A DNA stretch of 64,000 nt from Rhizodiscina lignyota (GCA_010015805.1 ML978139.1:1-64000); one strand, 5' to 3'. Positions 13,170 to 26,206 are shown, counted from the first letter of the stretch. Numbers and translations are program-made. Notes: generated by a model from the sequence alone, not told the origin.

Positions 13170-14336
13170 ATGTCGCTCCCAATCTCGACCTCAGAAGTGC
13201 CTAGGAATCCAATCTGGACGACGGTCCCCCAATCACCTCCTCTCGACCTCCGGCAGCCATTCTCAGATGCTTCCGTCAAAGATAAACACATAGTAATCAC
13301 TGGAGGAGCTTCTGGCTTTGGCGAGGGTTTCGTACGATGCTGGGCGGCACTGGGAGCTAGCATCGTCATAGGTGACATCAACGTCACGCGTGCAGAACAG
13401 CTCATTGCAGAAGTACGCAAAGAAACTGGCAATGACAAGCTCTGGTTCGTGAAATGCGATGTCCGGGACTGGCAAGAGCAGGTCGACTTATTCAATGAGG
13501 CATTAAAGTTGTCCCCCCACAAGGGCATCGATGTCGTAGTTGCGAATGCGGGAATAGCTGGCCCAGACCCTCTCATTACACCAACGCTTGATGGATCTGA
13601 TGCGCCCAAGAAGCCTAATTTCAAGATTGTCGACATCAATTTGTACGGCGTGCTGTACACGAGTTATCTCGGGCTGTACTGGCTAGCACGGAATCCAGGA
13701 TCTAAAAGTGCGCACACGAGCTCAGATCCGCAGCAAAAGCGCGACAGACATCTTCTCCTTATTGGGTCTGTTGCATCATTACTCCCTATCGCAGGCCAGC
13801 CGTTGTACGGAGCTTCCAAGCATGCTGTGCTGGGGCTTTTCCGCGCCCTACGCAGTAGTGCATTCGTATCTGGCGTCAGAGTCAACATGCTTTGTCCTTA
13901 TTTCATGGAAACTGATATCGTTCCTCCAGCGGCCAGGGTTCTGCTAGCCGGTGGTGCAATGGGGAAGATTGAAAGCGTAGTAGAAGGTGCCACACGACTT
14001 GTGGCTGACGCATCGATTCTCGGAAGAGCACTGGTGGTGGGCCCCAGGGTCAAGATCAAGCAAGAAAAAGATGGGCATTGGACTCTTGTTGGCCTCGGGA
14101 GGACGGGCAGTAGATATCATCCTCAACCCGAAGCTGATGACTGCGGCCACGATGATGTCTACGAGACGGCGATGTGGGAAGTGCATGCTGACGATCTCGA
14201 AGACAGCGAGCATTTTACGTGGAGGATTGTTGCGTTGTTGAATGCGGTCGCAAAGGCTCGTGGATGGAAAGGGTGGATTCATGATATGCTCAAGATCGTC
14301 CTGGATCCTCTAAGAAGAGCTTTCGGAGTACAATGA
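13170..14336 (+). CDS. Short-chain dehydrogenase/reductase
   Basis: TGGASGFG Rossmann motif, VVANAGI and YGASK catalytic YxxxK. Confidence 0.92.
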   Translation: MSLPISTSEVPRNPIWTTVPQSPPLDLRQPFSDASVKDKHIVITGGASGFGEGFVRCWAALGASIVIGDINVTRAEQLIAEVRKETGNDKLWFVKCDVRDWQEQVDLFNEALKLSPHKGIDVVVANAGIAGPDPLITPTLDGSDAPKKPNFKIVDINLYGVLYTSYLGLYWLARNPGSKSAHTSSDPQQKRDRHLLLIGSVASLLPIAGQPLYGASKHAVLGLFRALRSSAFVSGVRVNMLCPYFMETDIVPPAARVLLAGGAMGKIESVVEGATRLVADASILGRALVVGPRVKIKQEKDGHWTLVGLGRTGSRYHPQPEADDCGHDDVYETAMWEVHADDLEDSEHFTWRIVALLNAVAKARGWKGWIHDMLKIVLDPLRRAFGVQ

Positions 14337-14608
14337 TCGTGATTGGCCTCGAAAAGAAGTCTATGAGCGCGTGAGATTCGCTTTCTGAAACACATCCATT
14401 CTTGTCTTACGAATTTGCGCGTACGAGCATGCGTATTCAATTCTCGCTTCATCCACCGCACCTTCCTTTCAGAAGTGTTTGCTAGCGCCTCTTCGCGTCC
14501 ACCTTAAAAATTTGAAATCGCCCAACTTACATTTCTCAAGTCTGTGTAATATTTCGTTTCAGGGGATCGCTTTTGCTCCTTTGCTCTCAATAAGAAGCCC
14601 ATTCCACG

Positions 14609-16021
14609 ATGCTCGGAGCTATTGAGAAGGCTGCTCACGGCCTTCCTCCACCCGCCACTACTTACGCTCGACAATCCCCTTTCCTGCAGGCCTCTAAATT
14701 TCGTATCACTTCTCGTCGGCTGCCGTACATTGTAGTCATTGTGTGTGCAGTAGGGCTTCTGCTCATACGAATAGTCACGACCATTTGGCCCACCGGTCAG
14801 GTAATGAATCCTCCCTACATCGCCTTCTCACTTATTCACGCCACTATCCAAGCAGTATGGGCCCTACAGTCCGGATTGGCTGTCCCTAAACGCTTCCTCC
14901 TTGCGCATGCCGTTCTTCCCACCAGAAGACACACCGTATCGTCACGCCGACATTGCCGACACCTTCGCAGACTACAAATATCGCACGGCCTGCAACATCT
15001 CCTCACTCGACCTGCACACGCCCTTCTCCCCGCTCTGCCCAACCCGCGGGGCCATGCTCGCCGCCATGTCCTCCGGCGGCCGCATTGGACAAGACGCACC
15101 CTACATGCCGCGCGGCTGTGACATGCGCTGGTTCAGCACCGACGAGATCTGCGCGATCCTCGGGCGCTTCGGCAAGGTAGTGTTCGCGGGCGACAGCATG
15201 ATGCGGCACGTCATCGGCAGCATCAACGTGTTGATCCGGAAGAACCTGGGGTACGGGGCTGTGACGGACTGGAACTTTTCAGACGAGGAGAGGAGGGATT
15301 GCTTCTGCAATCACCAATTCAATGTGAAGGCGTGCAGTATCCAGGGGATTTTCAAGACGGCAGATGTGCTTGCTCATGACCCGGAGAGTTTGGCGTGTCC
15401 TGCTTCGATGCCCATTGACGTGCAGATTGAGGAGATGGTGCGTTTCCCGATTGACGAGGAAGAATTGAGGCGTTATAAGGAGTCGCTCGGGACGACAAAG
15501 CCCAAGAAGCCGTACGTGTTCATCTTCGGGCACGGGCTATGGAATGACTTGGATGTGCAAGCGACGCTGAACTGGCTGGATAAGGTCGTCGCGGAGACAA
15601 CTAGTCAGCTGCCGTATCTGGGAAGGCCGACAGCTTTCTTTCCGAGGCTGATGTTGACGCCGAATGCTTCGGGAAAGAAGAAGCCAGTGGAGTGGAGGGA
15701 GACGCAAGGTAGAAGCCGAAATCTGTTCGCGTGGTTGGTTTGATGCTGACTGCTCCACAGGCAATGAAGCGTTGATGAACTTCGAAGAGAGCATAAGAGT
15801 TGAGGCTGCGAGGAGGGGCGTCGAGCACCTGGGGACCTGGAATATGAGCATTCAGAGTAACAAGTTTGATGGAGTGTAAGTAAAATATCTTGTGGCGTAC
15901 AGCAAGCTTGGCCAGCTGCTAACGAGGTCACGCGCGCAGACATCTGGACCTTAAAGGTAACATGGTGAAAGCGATGATGGTTCTAAACTGGCTCAACATG
16001 CTCGACGTTAGCCAATATTGA
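14609..16021 (+). CDS. Type II membrane protein with SGNH/PC-esterase-like GDS and DxxH motifs, 4 exons
   Basis: N-terminal TM (LPYIVVIVCAVGLLLIRIV). Introns at 14801-14852/14855, 15709-15760 and 15876-15939. Motifs are RGCDMRWF, VVFAGDSMMRH, GHGLWN and the spliced C-terminal FDGV|HLDLKGNMVKAMMVLNWL. Confidence 0.8.
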
Positions 16022-16681
16022 CAACGGCACGCCAACTTCGCTTGCCCATACCTAAAGATCTGTACTAAGTCAAAAGCATGTAATCAGTGGGAAGTGGACT
16101 TTTTAAGAGGCACATCTAGTGCATTACTTCATCCACCATAGAGCCCTCAACTTCAGCAGCTATCGAAACCGTCGTTTAAGTATGTACAAGAAGTAGAAAC
16201 CGCAATGGAAAAGCAGAATCGGGTACCTCGTAACGGAGATCCCCTAGGTGTATCGATCGAAGGGGTATTCTAGTAGTGGCATGGAGTTGGACCGCAACGC
16301 CTTCGCTCGCTCGCTCGCTTGTAGCCCAGTTCGTTTCGGAAAAAAAGAAAAGCACCATCGGGGTGTAAAGTCCCACTAGTGCCAAACAACACAAAATCAA
16401 GTCGCCGAAAGCAGAAGAAGAAGCCTTGAAGAATCAGAAGCAGAACAAGCCGAAGTCCACCAAAAACAACCTTAGTCGCGCACATAGCGGTGCGGAACCA
16501 TTGAAGTTCGAAGGTCCGGACTCTTAATCCACCATTAACCAAAATCACAGTCACCACCAGTTTTTGGACCATAAGCTCTCTTGACCGCCAGTTTTTCCGA
16601 CAATGACCTCCCTGAACCATGACTTTTCGTTCACCATGAGTGACCTTATCCAACACTCTCTCACCACCAAACCACCACCAA

Positions 16682-19600
16682 TCAACCCTCAACCAAGCCA
16701 CCACTCTCAACCCTCTCCCTAACCTGACTCAACGCCTCCAAAGCCGCCTTGTGCTTATCGTAAATGACGCTCCAATGCGCCCTGACCGCCTCATCCTCTC
16801 TCACACCCCTCAGATAGCTGTTGAATCCAATCTCGTCTCTTCCCTCGCCCACCTTGCTCAGCCAAGCTTCCAATCCGCCCGGCGCGCTCATCGCATCGAC
16901 AATCGTAGTGTTCGTCTCACAGTGTCGCGTGTCGAAGTGGTTCAGCACCTGCGCTTCAACTTTGTCGAACGCGCGCATGTACGTAGCGAAGCGTGAGAGG
17001 TAGTCCTGCCACTGCGTCCTCGTCATGCGGCCTGTAGCTGGCGGTGATGGGGCCTTCGGGACGAGAGGGAGTTCGAACTTCTGCGGGGCAGAGGGCTTGA
17101 GTGGATGTGCAGTAGATGGAGCGGAGTTGAACGGAAGGTTAGTGCCTAGTGTGTCGATAGAAGAGAGGCCTGGGCCTGGTGCACCTGCTTCAGGCGTAAT
17201 AAGTGGGGCTACCTTTGAGAGATCATCAAGATTCAAACCTTGATCTGCCGCTGAGGCGGGTGCAGACTGCGAAGCCGTCGGAGGCGGAACAGTAGAGGCC
17301 TTATTAGGTGCATCACGCCAGTCGCGGCGATGCGGTTGCTGGGGAACATCGCGGACGCGAGGACCCGCAGTCGATGCCTTTGATGTTGTGCCATCCACTT
17401 GTGGCGGCGGAGATTCGTCGATGTCCATGCGGTCGCCACTTGTAGTACTGCTGCTGCTTCCATCGTATCCGGTCGTAGATCCAGCTCCCATGTCCTCGGC
17501 GGAAGGCTCGCTCACCATCGCAGGCTTTGGGGTAGTTGTTGCCTTTGTTGTGCGAGATCCCTGCCTTCCTCTGGCGGTCGTTGACGCGCTACCTTTCCTG
17601 GGCGGATTCGATGATGCACGCGTTGGCGAAGTCGATCCCGTCGGAGCAGGATATGCCCAGCTCGGCGGCTTGAACATCTTCTCCCAGTCATCCGGCGAGA
17701 ACTTGACTTCTGCTGGCTTGGGCGGATAATTGGGCATATTCGGATGGGTCTTCAAGGTTGGCGGCGGCGGCGGCGGTGGCGGGGGCATCTGCTGTGAGAA
17801 ACCATTCGGAATTGAAGGTGCTTGCGTCGTCGTAGCAGAAGCAGGTGTCGACTGTGCCGCTGTTGGTGTCTGTTCAGATGTGCGACCCCGATTCGGAGAT
17901 TGTCTGTCGCGCGTGCTCGTTATCGTCGGCGGCTTCGCGAAGTAATTCTGGGCACCTTCGAAGGTGCCACTCCATTCCCCAGGCGCGAATTGTGTATTGA
18001 TGCTCTCTTCACTCTTGCTCTTGAACTGGTTACGAGGTAAGGCAGCATCGTTCTTCTGTTTGGGGAGGGAGAAACTGTTGAACATTTTGTCGTCAGCACC
18101 GACACAACTATCCAAATGACGGGGTGCCCATTGGGGCAAATTTGAAAAGAATAGAGGCCCTTCAGGGATCTTTTTGAACATAGGGTTATTAGGGGAAATC
18201 GGAGACTGCGGTTTCTGCATTCGATCAGGAACTTGAACGTCCCTCATTTTCTGCAGTCGTCGAATATTCTCCGATGTGGAAATAGGGCTTGGGGGACGAA
18301 TAGGTTTTTCGTTGGTAGTCTTGGGTTGCACGCTTGATGGATAAGCCCAATGTGGCAAGTTCGGCTTCGAACTAGCCGTGCTCGACTTATTTGGTCCAAA
18401 CGGCCACTGCTGACTCCAAACTTGCTGAGAAGATTGAGAATCATCGTACATTGGCGAAGATGTGCCTGAATCGGCACCACTTGCGGGAGGAGGTATGTTC
18501 CCACTGGTTGACATGCTCGGCTGGCTTGCACGTTGTGATGCATTTCGAGCCCAAGATGGAGATGGTTGCGCTTTTGGTCGATTTTGAGTAGTCGGCTTTC
18601 CGGACGACCGAGGGGCAGCTCCGGTATTCGCAGCGGACGTAGCAGATTTCATCTGCTCGTCTGTAGACTCTTCGCTCGAGTCAGGTCCAAGGTGAAAGAA
18701 GCGTCTTGGATCGGCAGCGTTCACCTTTGCACGAGCGGTGTGAGCTCCCATGTGAGTGAAGCTTGCTCCGAGGTTTGGTGGTGGATGCTCGAAGTAGTTC
18801 TTCCTTGGCGGTGGGCTAGCACTTCGATGACGTGACGATGTACTGCTCTGTGGAGAGAAGGGTTCTTCTGCTTCCTGCGCCATGGATGGAGCATCGCGAG
18901 TGCTTGCAGATCTTTTCAGCTCCTCGCTGGAGAAGTAGGTCTTCTCTCCGCTGTGAGTCGTGTACGGGGTTGGCTTTCGCTCGCTTCCTTCATTGAACGG
19001 GGCACCAGTACCAGTCCGAGTGCGGAATCCTTTCAATGGATCCGGATTCAGTCGATCGGTATTAGATTGGTCCGAGGTGGCTGGCCGCGGTTTCGTTGCC
19101 GTTGGAGATGGAGCAGGCCGATCGCTGAAGCGAGACTGTGTGAAGTATGCGGACGTGCCCGATGCTTGCCTCTCATCGTCAGTTGCGTTTGGATCGAATC
19201 CAGCCTTCCTCGCACTACCCGGCGGAACTCGAGTAGTATTGCTTCTGCCGAACGCTCCTGTTGGTCGAGGCGCTGCACGCCTGGCGGTATCGGCATCACT
19301 GTCCCATGGTCTTTCGCCTGGTGACGTCTTGCCTCCCTGGTTCATGCGATGCCATGCGCTCGCCCTAGCTTGTGCATCCATATTTGCATTCTGGAAGGAC
19401 TGTGGTGGAGGACGAGGAAAGTTTGCGAAACGATGGGCACCGCTTGATGGCTGCGGCCTGGAGGAAAAGTCTGCTCGTGGAGGAGCATTTTGTGGAGCGT
19501 TTTGTGCCTGCTGTGTGCGTCGTGGAGGGGCAGAATAGTCTCCAGGATAGGCAGCGTATGCGCCTCCTCGACGAGGAGCGACATTTGACCTGAAAGCATT

Positions 19601-19907
19601 TGCTGTGCGTGCGAGGCGTGCTCGGTCCTCATCGTATTTACGGCGCTGGGCGGGGTCAGAGAGGATCTCATGAGCTTCTTGAATGGCCTGAAACTTGGGC
19701 GTGTACTCTGCGACCCTGCCCGGGTTTCGATCGGGATGGTACAGTCGAGCTACTTCAAGTTAGGAGAGGGGCGTTGTTTGTTTGTTATGTTTTTGGGGAT
19801 CATGACCGACCTAGCTTGAAGTATTGCTTCTTGACTTCACTGTCATCGGCATTCGCAGAGATCTCAAGATCTTTGTAGTAATCGCGTTGTGGATTCGCCT
19901 TGACCAT
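16682..19907 (-). CDS. Large J-domain (DnaJ/Hsp40 type III) protein, Mug184-like
   Basis: Exon 1 MVKANPQRDYYKDLEISANADDSEVKKQYFKL, intron 19810-19750, then ARLYHPDRNPG...KFQAIQEAHEILSDPAQRRKYD (HPD motif). I read the frame stop-free into the 899-aa ORF. Helical C-terminal domain (WQDY...YM...HF...EDEAVRAHW). Confidence 0.9.
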
Positions 19908-21133
19908 TTTGGCCGGGCGAGAGGTGTGACGGGTCGCGTCGACAATGCTGCTTCACCAGGCTCTCCTGCTCTAACGTTTCGCGATCGGCATGCTAGGATT
20001 GTATTCCAGAGTGAGAGTTGAATTGTTGAGAGTGGAGAGATTCCAGCGTCGTCGTCGCAAAGAGGGTCGGTTTGCAGGCGGGCGTTGGGGATGCAGATGC
20101 ACGAGCTGCTGACCAGTAGTGAAGAGGTGTTGCGGAAGTGAAGAGCTAGTTGAACCCGTGACCGCGCTGCAGGAACTGCACGAGTGAATGACGGCGAGGC
20201 GCAGGAGATGGCAGGAGGTGGCAGGTGGTCGCAGCTAAACTTTCTTCGCGTGTTGTTTGGTGTGTTTTGAGGCGGCAGAGGCTAGCAGTGCATGTGGTGG
20301 GGGGGTGTGAAACGGAGGTGAGGTGAGTGACCCGAAGCTCGCCGCACCGTAAACAGCGTGGAGAAGAGCACAAGGCGCGGTGCGATAGAGTCGGACGTCA
20401 GGGTCCAAGATCTGCTCGATATGAGAGGATTGAAGGCAAGCGTGAAAAAGCAAGCGCGTCACCGGCGAGCATTGGGCGATGGCGAGGTGCGGTGAGCTGG
20501 CACTGGTGGCTGATGGTTTCTTGGGCTGCCTGCGCGATGATCGCGAGGGGCAGCACAGGGCAGGCCTTCACGCTTCGAGAACGCTGTGCGCCATCGGTGC
20601 CTAACAGGGGTCTGTCGACACAGGCTGCCGACATTGCACGCTGCTATACGCTCTGCGCGAACTGCTGAATCCAAATCCTCCGGGATGCAAGTCTATCAAT
20701 TGTAGCATTCCCGGCGCGCGGAGAGCTCGCGTTTAGCCTTCCACGCCCGTACTACTGTATCTGCGGGCCGGAACGTCGACGTGGTCCCACTCGGCATCAG
20801 GTAGCAAGGCAAGGATGATGCAGTGGCTTTAAACCTTAATGCCCAATAAGGCGACATGCTGATGATGATGCCATCAAGGAGCGTCTCTCATTGAAGATGT
20901 GTAAGATCATCAGGTTACATATGTCGTGATAAGATAAGTGCCTTCCATTACGCTGTGGCCGTATCCAGCCTGCGTTCAGGACGTATAAAGCTTTTTCCCA
21001 TGCTTCCTTCCTACGCCTCGATCCCATCAACGCCAAACCAGTGCCCGCCTGTTCTCCTCCAAAGGAATGGTATCAGTACGGAAGACAGCGCGCCAAAAAA
21101 GCATGAATCCCGACGGTCAGTGCGCCAATATAA

Positions 21134-22167
21134 CTACGAAAGAAGTGTCGTAAGCTCTCCTTGCAACGGCATCAACACCACAACAGTTGCGATTAAGACC
21201 AAGCAGCAATCTGCAAAGGATCGGCCAATGGAAAGAGCAAGCAGGGAAGCCGTGAAGGCAATCAATCCCACGCCGAGAGAAAAAATGCATCGGGCGGCCT
21301 TGGGGCTCTCGCCATGTGTTCGGACTACCGCAAGGGAGAGAACAATGACCGAGACAGTGAGCAACCCTATAAGGATGGCAGAAATAACCTCCGAAGTTTC
21401 GTGGTTCGTGTTGGCCAGAGCGAAGAACAGCGCGCCAAGAATCGTCGCGAGAGAGCAAAATGCTATCATCGAGACCATCTTGAGTTTACTTGGCCAAGGG
21501 GATGACGCGGAGGTAGGCTTGTTGACCAACTGATAGTCGGCTTCGACATCTCTGTCTGATGCAGATGGTTCGGTGTGGTGCGTGGGCTGATTCTCCAGAA
21601 CAGTACGAGTGTCTACGCAAATCAGCTTGTGCAACTCACCACTAGGTTGAGACTTACCAGTGCGACCGGTGTCTAACTTGCGGCGGCAGTGGCATATGTA
21701 TGGCCTGTATTTCTTTTTGTCCTTCACTGCCCTCCTCGCCGCCCCAGGCTCGAAATGGCTTCCCATGTTTCCCACCTCGACAGTGCCCGTCTGGTCTGTG
21801 TCAGAGCCAGACCCAGCACCTGAACTGTCATCTGTGCTAGAGCCACGGTTGGCAACAACAGACCACGTCACTGACTGCTTTTTGGTATTATTACCATTGT
21901 TGGAAGCAGCGCATGAGGATGGCTCTGTAAAGGTATTACCAGTCTCGGCGCTAAAGACCGGGTTCGAGGGTTGCGAGGAAGGCGTCGTCGTGGATGGACC
22001 AGCGGTGCCATAGGTTCCGGCCAAAAAGTTTTCAGAGGGGAAGGATTTGGTGTAGATATGAGTGTCGCCCTCTGTGCAAAGGAGCGGTGCGAGTCTGTCG
22101 TCTGGGTCGCGGAGCAAGATGGCATCCAACTGCCCCTTCGCATCCTCATGCGAAAGCTGTTCGTGCT
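21134..22167 (-). CDS. Orphan protein with C-terminal hydrophobic (3-4 TM) segments; last exon of a gene whose 5' exons are unresolved
   Basis: Open frame of >330 codons preceded by a branch point and acceptor (ACTGAC...TAG at ~22170). Ser/Thr-rich N-part, a CHC motif and a hydrophobic C-terminus. Confidence 0.5.
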
Positions 22168-23867
22168 CTACGCCTAGTCAGTTCCCTATCTAGAGATACT
22201 CGAGAATCACGGAAAGTAATAGAAATCGCCTACGCTGTGGAGCCATTTGGCGTGCGGTATGAGCTGCCCGACTGGCGAGCTGTTTGTTTGCTCTCTAGCT
22301 TCTGTGACTAGGCGGTGCGCGTACTGCCAACCAAACGAAACGCGGATAAAAGTTCACCAAACAACTGTTCTAGAACTGGTGGTACTTGCGATCTCCAGAG
22401 ATACACTCAGGGTAGCAATGATGAGCGCCTCGAACCTGAAACCGTTCTGAAGGATGTTTCAAAGGGAATTGATCGTCACTTTCTGTGCCAGACGTGGAGA
22501 AGAAAGGGAAGAGAGCAAGACGTCAACCGTGGGTAGAACCGTCTGTGGGGGGGCAGTGCAGGCACTCAGGCCTGCACGCCGCCATTGGGTGATGCCCGAC
22601 CACAGGTTTGCGCATCGCTCTGCGAAGACTCATTGTCACGAGACGTCAGAACTACTGCTGGCGAGCGAAAGCCTCAGAAAAGGCTTTTACCCAGGAAATG
22701 AGGCGAGCAACGGCTCCCTCATATATGCTTCTTATCGAGTCTGCGTCATTTATTAATACGATTCCGATGCCGCCCAGTGGCTGTAAGGATGTCACTAGGG
22801 ATCGGCCAAGGTCATCCGTAATCTCCACTTGACCCATGCTGGATAGTCTCGCCCTGAAATGTACATGCTGAAAGAGGAATAGTCGGAAGCCTCGTATGCT
22901 GTCGCTCGCTGTTGTGAACGGAAATATGCAACCATCACGCGGCCGTTTAGACGCACGACATTTTGCCCGATGAAGACTAATTGAACGTCAAAAGACCGAG
23001 GCCATGGCGAGAGTTTGCGCACCATGATTCATGTTGATTGTTTTAGAAAGACACTCTTTCAGGAGACTTTCAGGAGACGTAAGCAAAAAAGACAGAAAAT
23101 ATGCGAGAACGAGAATATGGAAATTGCAAGGAACGAGAGAAGACTGTTCGTGTCTGTCTATCTGGAGATCTGAATGAACAAACCGAATAGAGGACTTCAT
23201 GTCCTGGTTATGTTCAAAGCTCAGCGGGTCCGTTAAATTGAATTTTATCTTGGAGTCTAAATAAAAAGAGGGAGTACTTCTTTCATAGAGCGCAAACGAT
23301 AGCGTTGAATATTCGAAAGAGCTAAAGGGAATCGTGTTTATCGTCAGTCTGAAACGTGAGAAGGATTAGCAGTCCTTTTATACGGTTCCAAAATTGTTGT
23401 CGCCCCGTGCGCACAGAGAGGCGCGTCGTTTGACACTCACATGTCTCGGAGACTTGCATCCACGATGACAGCGAGTCAAAAGAAGCTCAATTTTAGCTCA
23501 CTTGTTGGTCCCAGATTTCGAAAGGTTGGCAGGTGATGCTCTGCGTTGGATGCGGCCCGCACCCGCACGTCAGTTCAGGGAATGGCCTTGAACAAAGAGA
23601 CGTCCCTTGCTTGTCACACATTCGTCAGCCCTATATCTCTAATTCCGAAGATTTCTTGGGGTTGAGATGATGGAAAAGAGCTTGAGTCTCTCTAGGATTG
23701 ATGAAGACAAGTAGCAATATCGGATGAAAAGGGCCCGCATTTGCGATCACCAGAGAAGAGTCATGATATGGGATAAGAATGACTCAAAGGGAAGTATGCC
23801 TGACTGATAAAATGCTACCTGAGTGCCAGACTGGGAAGCCGTTGAATCCAGCCATTCGCAGCCAGCC

Positions 23868-24452
23868 ATGGTTTCCATTGCATCTAGCTCGCCTGTCGAG
23901 TGGCGAAGATCCATTTCTTCAACCAACTATCTCATCTCCAGCTCCTCAGACCTCGTCTCAACGTCCTTCATCAACGATGCATTCGCCGATAAGTCCATGC
24001 CGTGGGCGTACCCATTCACGGAAGCAGAAATCGAGGTCATGAAGAACAATTGCGTAATTCTCGGTGTCTACCTCACTCACGAGAGCAACGACGAGACCGC
24101 GAGTCAACGGGGCCCACGATTCGAGCAAGTCGGCATGGCACGCTTAATCACTGACCGCCTGACGATGTTTTATATCACAGACGTTTTCATCGCCCCCTCT
24201 GAGCGCGGAAAAGGGCTGGGAAGATGGATGGCCGATTGTATTCGCGAGATCATGGATGGAATGCCGCACCTCAAGAGGGCGATGCTGATGGCGACACCAG
24301 AATCGGGAGAAGATCCGTACAATTCCCACTCAGTGAGGTTTTATAGAGATCGGATGGGCATGGAACCCTTTGAGCAGGGAAGAGGAGTGGTTGCGATGGG
24401 AAGGAGTGCCAAATGGTGGGAGGCTCGAGAGAATGACGAGGAGCGACAATGA
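23868..24452 (+). CDS. GNAT family N-acetyltransferase
   Basis: QVGMARLITD, YITDVFIAPSERGKGLGRWM (acetyl-CoA motif A) and FYRDRMGM. Confidence 0.9.
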   Translation: MVSIASSSPVEWRRSISSTNYLISSSSDLVSTSFINDAFADKSMPWAYPFTEAEIEVMKNNCVILGVYLTHESNDETASQRGPRFEQVGMARLITDRLTMFYITDVFIAPSERGKGLGRWMADCIREIMDGMPHLKRAMLMATPESGEDPYNSHSVRFYRDRMGMEPFEQGRGVVAMGRSAKWWEARENDEERQ

Positions 24453-26206
24453 GGTCGAGGTAGAGCTGTGAATGCTTTGCCTGCTTAAGAGGAAGACAAC
24501 TCCTGGAATGGTGGTATTGGTAGGCGAGAATCAGATTGAAATCTACAGGAGCCACAACTCCTTCCCTTCCACGGTGTGTGAGATGTCGGCTCGACATCTA
24601 CCGACAAACTCACTACATTTCCTCTGTCACATCAATAGTTTCGGTTCGATCTCGAGTTGTTCATCAGACGGAACGTTATAGAGGTATTAAGAGTGAGCCA
24701 CCAAAGATTTTCTATCGATCTTGGGTCCAAGTTTGACGACCTCCGAGCGCTTTTGCGATCGACCCCCGACACGGCCTACGAACCTTATTCTTAGAACCAC
24801 TAAAGTTCTTCAGCATGCTTCTGATTTTGCGGATGCTGAACAACAAAGCATCTGGGTCCAAATAATGTCCCGCAGTGAATCCTCACCTGGCAGCCATACC
24901 TTAACCATAGCAAGATTAGAAGAACCATCTTTATCCAAACGCCTCAGGGCCCTGATATATCGCTTAAACTCGTCCCGACTGAGTATGGCAGGATGTCCAA
25001 TCCAGAAAGCTCCTACGGCGCTGCCGAATGGATGTTGTAAAACGATTTCTACTCTCTTTATCAAGTAGCCAATTGCCGCTGAAACTTTCATTCGCTTCAA
25101 GTCCGCACTAGCATTGAATCGCGAAGACAAAGATATTCTCTCCGAAGAAGGCTTCCATGGCGGCACCTTCAAGTTGTCGGCAAACCATTCGCGCACCAAT
25201 AAGCCGTAATGACGACTCTGGCTAATGTTCACATGCAAGAAACTATAATAATGGTGGGATATATCTCACATTATTAGTATACTTTAATGATAGGAGAGAT
25301 GTGTGCTTCACTTACAAGTCTATAATTGTTGGTACCATAATCAGTTTCTCACTCTATCAAACCTTTGTTCTCGAGCACGCACGAACAAATTGACATCCAT
25401 TCGCGGTTCCAGGCATTATTCGCAGGACAAACGTAGTTTGCCCAGTCTCATTTAATGCCCACTAATGCCAACATGCGCGAAGGATTTTGCAGGAAGGGCG
25501 TGAGTTGTATGCGATATTGGGATGTTCTGTTTCAGGGTCCCGTGTTAAGGACGAAAGAACGGCCTTGGAGAGGTGTAACGGAGGAAGCAGGCTTCGATTT
25601 GATCACTCTTCTTTATGCCCAAGTTGAAAGCACTGAACTCGCATGAAACCTGCACAAGAGGGGATGGAAGGCACAATGCAGTGCCTCTCCAAGAAGTCGC
25701 ACGAAGTTTGTAAAGTCCAAGCATTATCAAATCGTGTATTCACAGCTCAGCGATTTTGATATGATCAAACTTTGCTCAACTTGCAATTGCAAGCTACCAG
25801 GTTCGTGCGGAGCCTGTGGAAGAATACTTAGCTCTCGCAACTGATCTCGCGCTCTTGGTGTTTAAGTAAATGGACACGGTAAAGGCCAAGTTAACTAGCC
25901 TGCAGGATACTGTGCGGTCTGCAGGTAGATACACTTCCACTAGAAGCGAACCGATATATTCGATCCAGTTTGCGACCACCTCGCGTTTACACAATCGGCA
26001 CTAGCCGGCCCAACGAGCCTTGAAAGGCAAAGCATAAGAAATTAATTAAGCGCATTCATAGATGTGATTGATCATTAATGACTCAGAGGCTTGTCTATCG
26101 CCTTCCCTAAGTGTTTGGAGGTGTTGGTATCGAAAGCCGATGAGTTCGAAGGTTTTTGGAAGAGATATTTCAATAAGCAATTGAAACTAGCTGTGCTAGA
26201 TGGATG

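Noticed and set aside
16019..16110. TGA-CAA stop context as possible readthrough
   Set aside because: The extension ends without a PTS1 or other signal, and the context is not the TGA-CTA motif. Other stops checked also lacked it.
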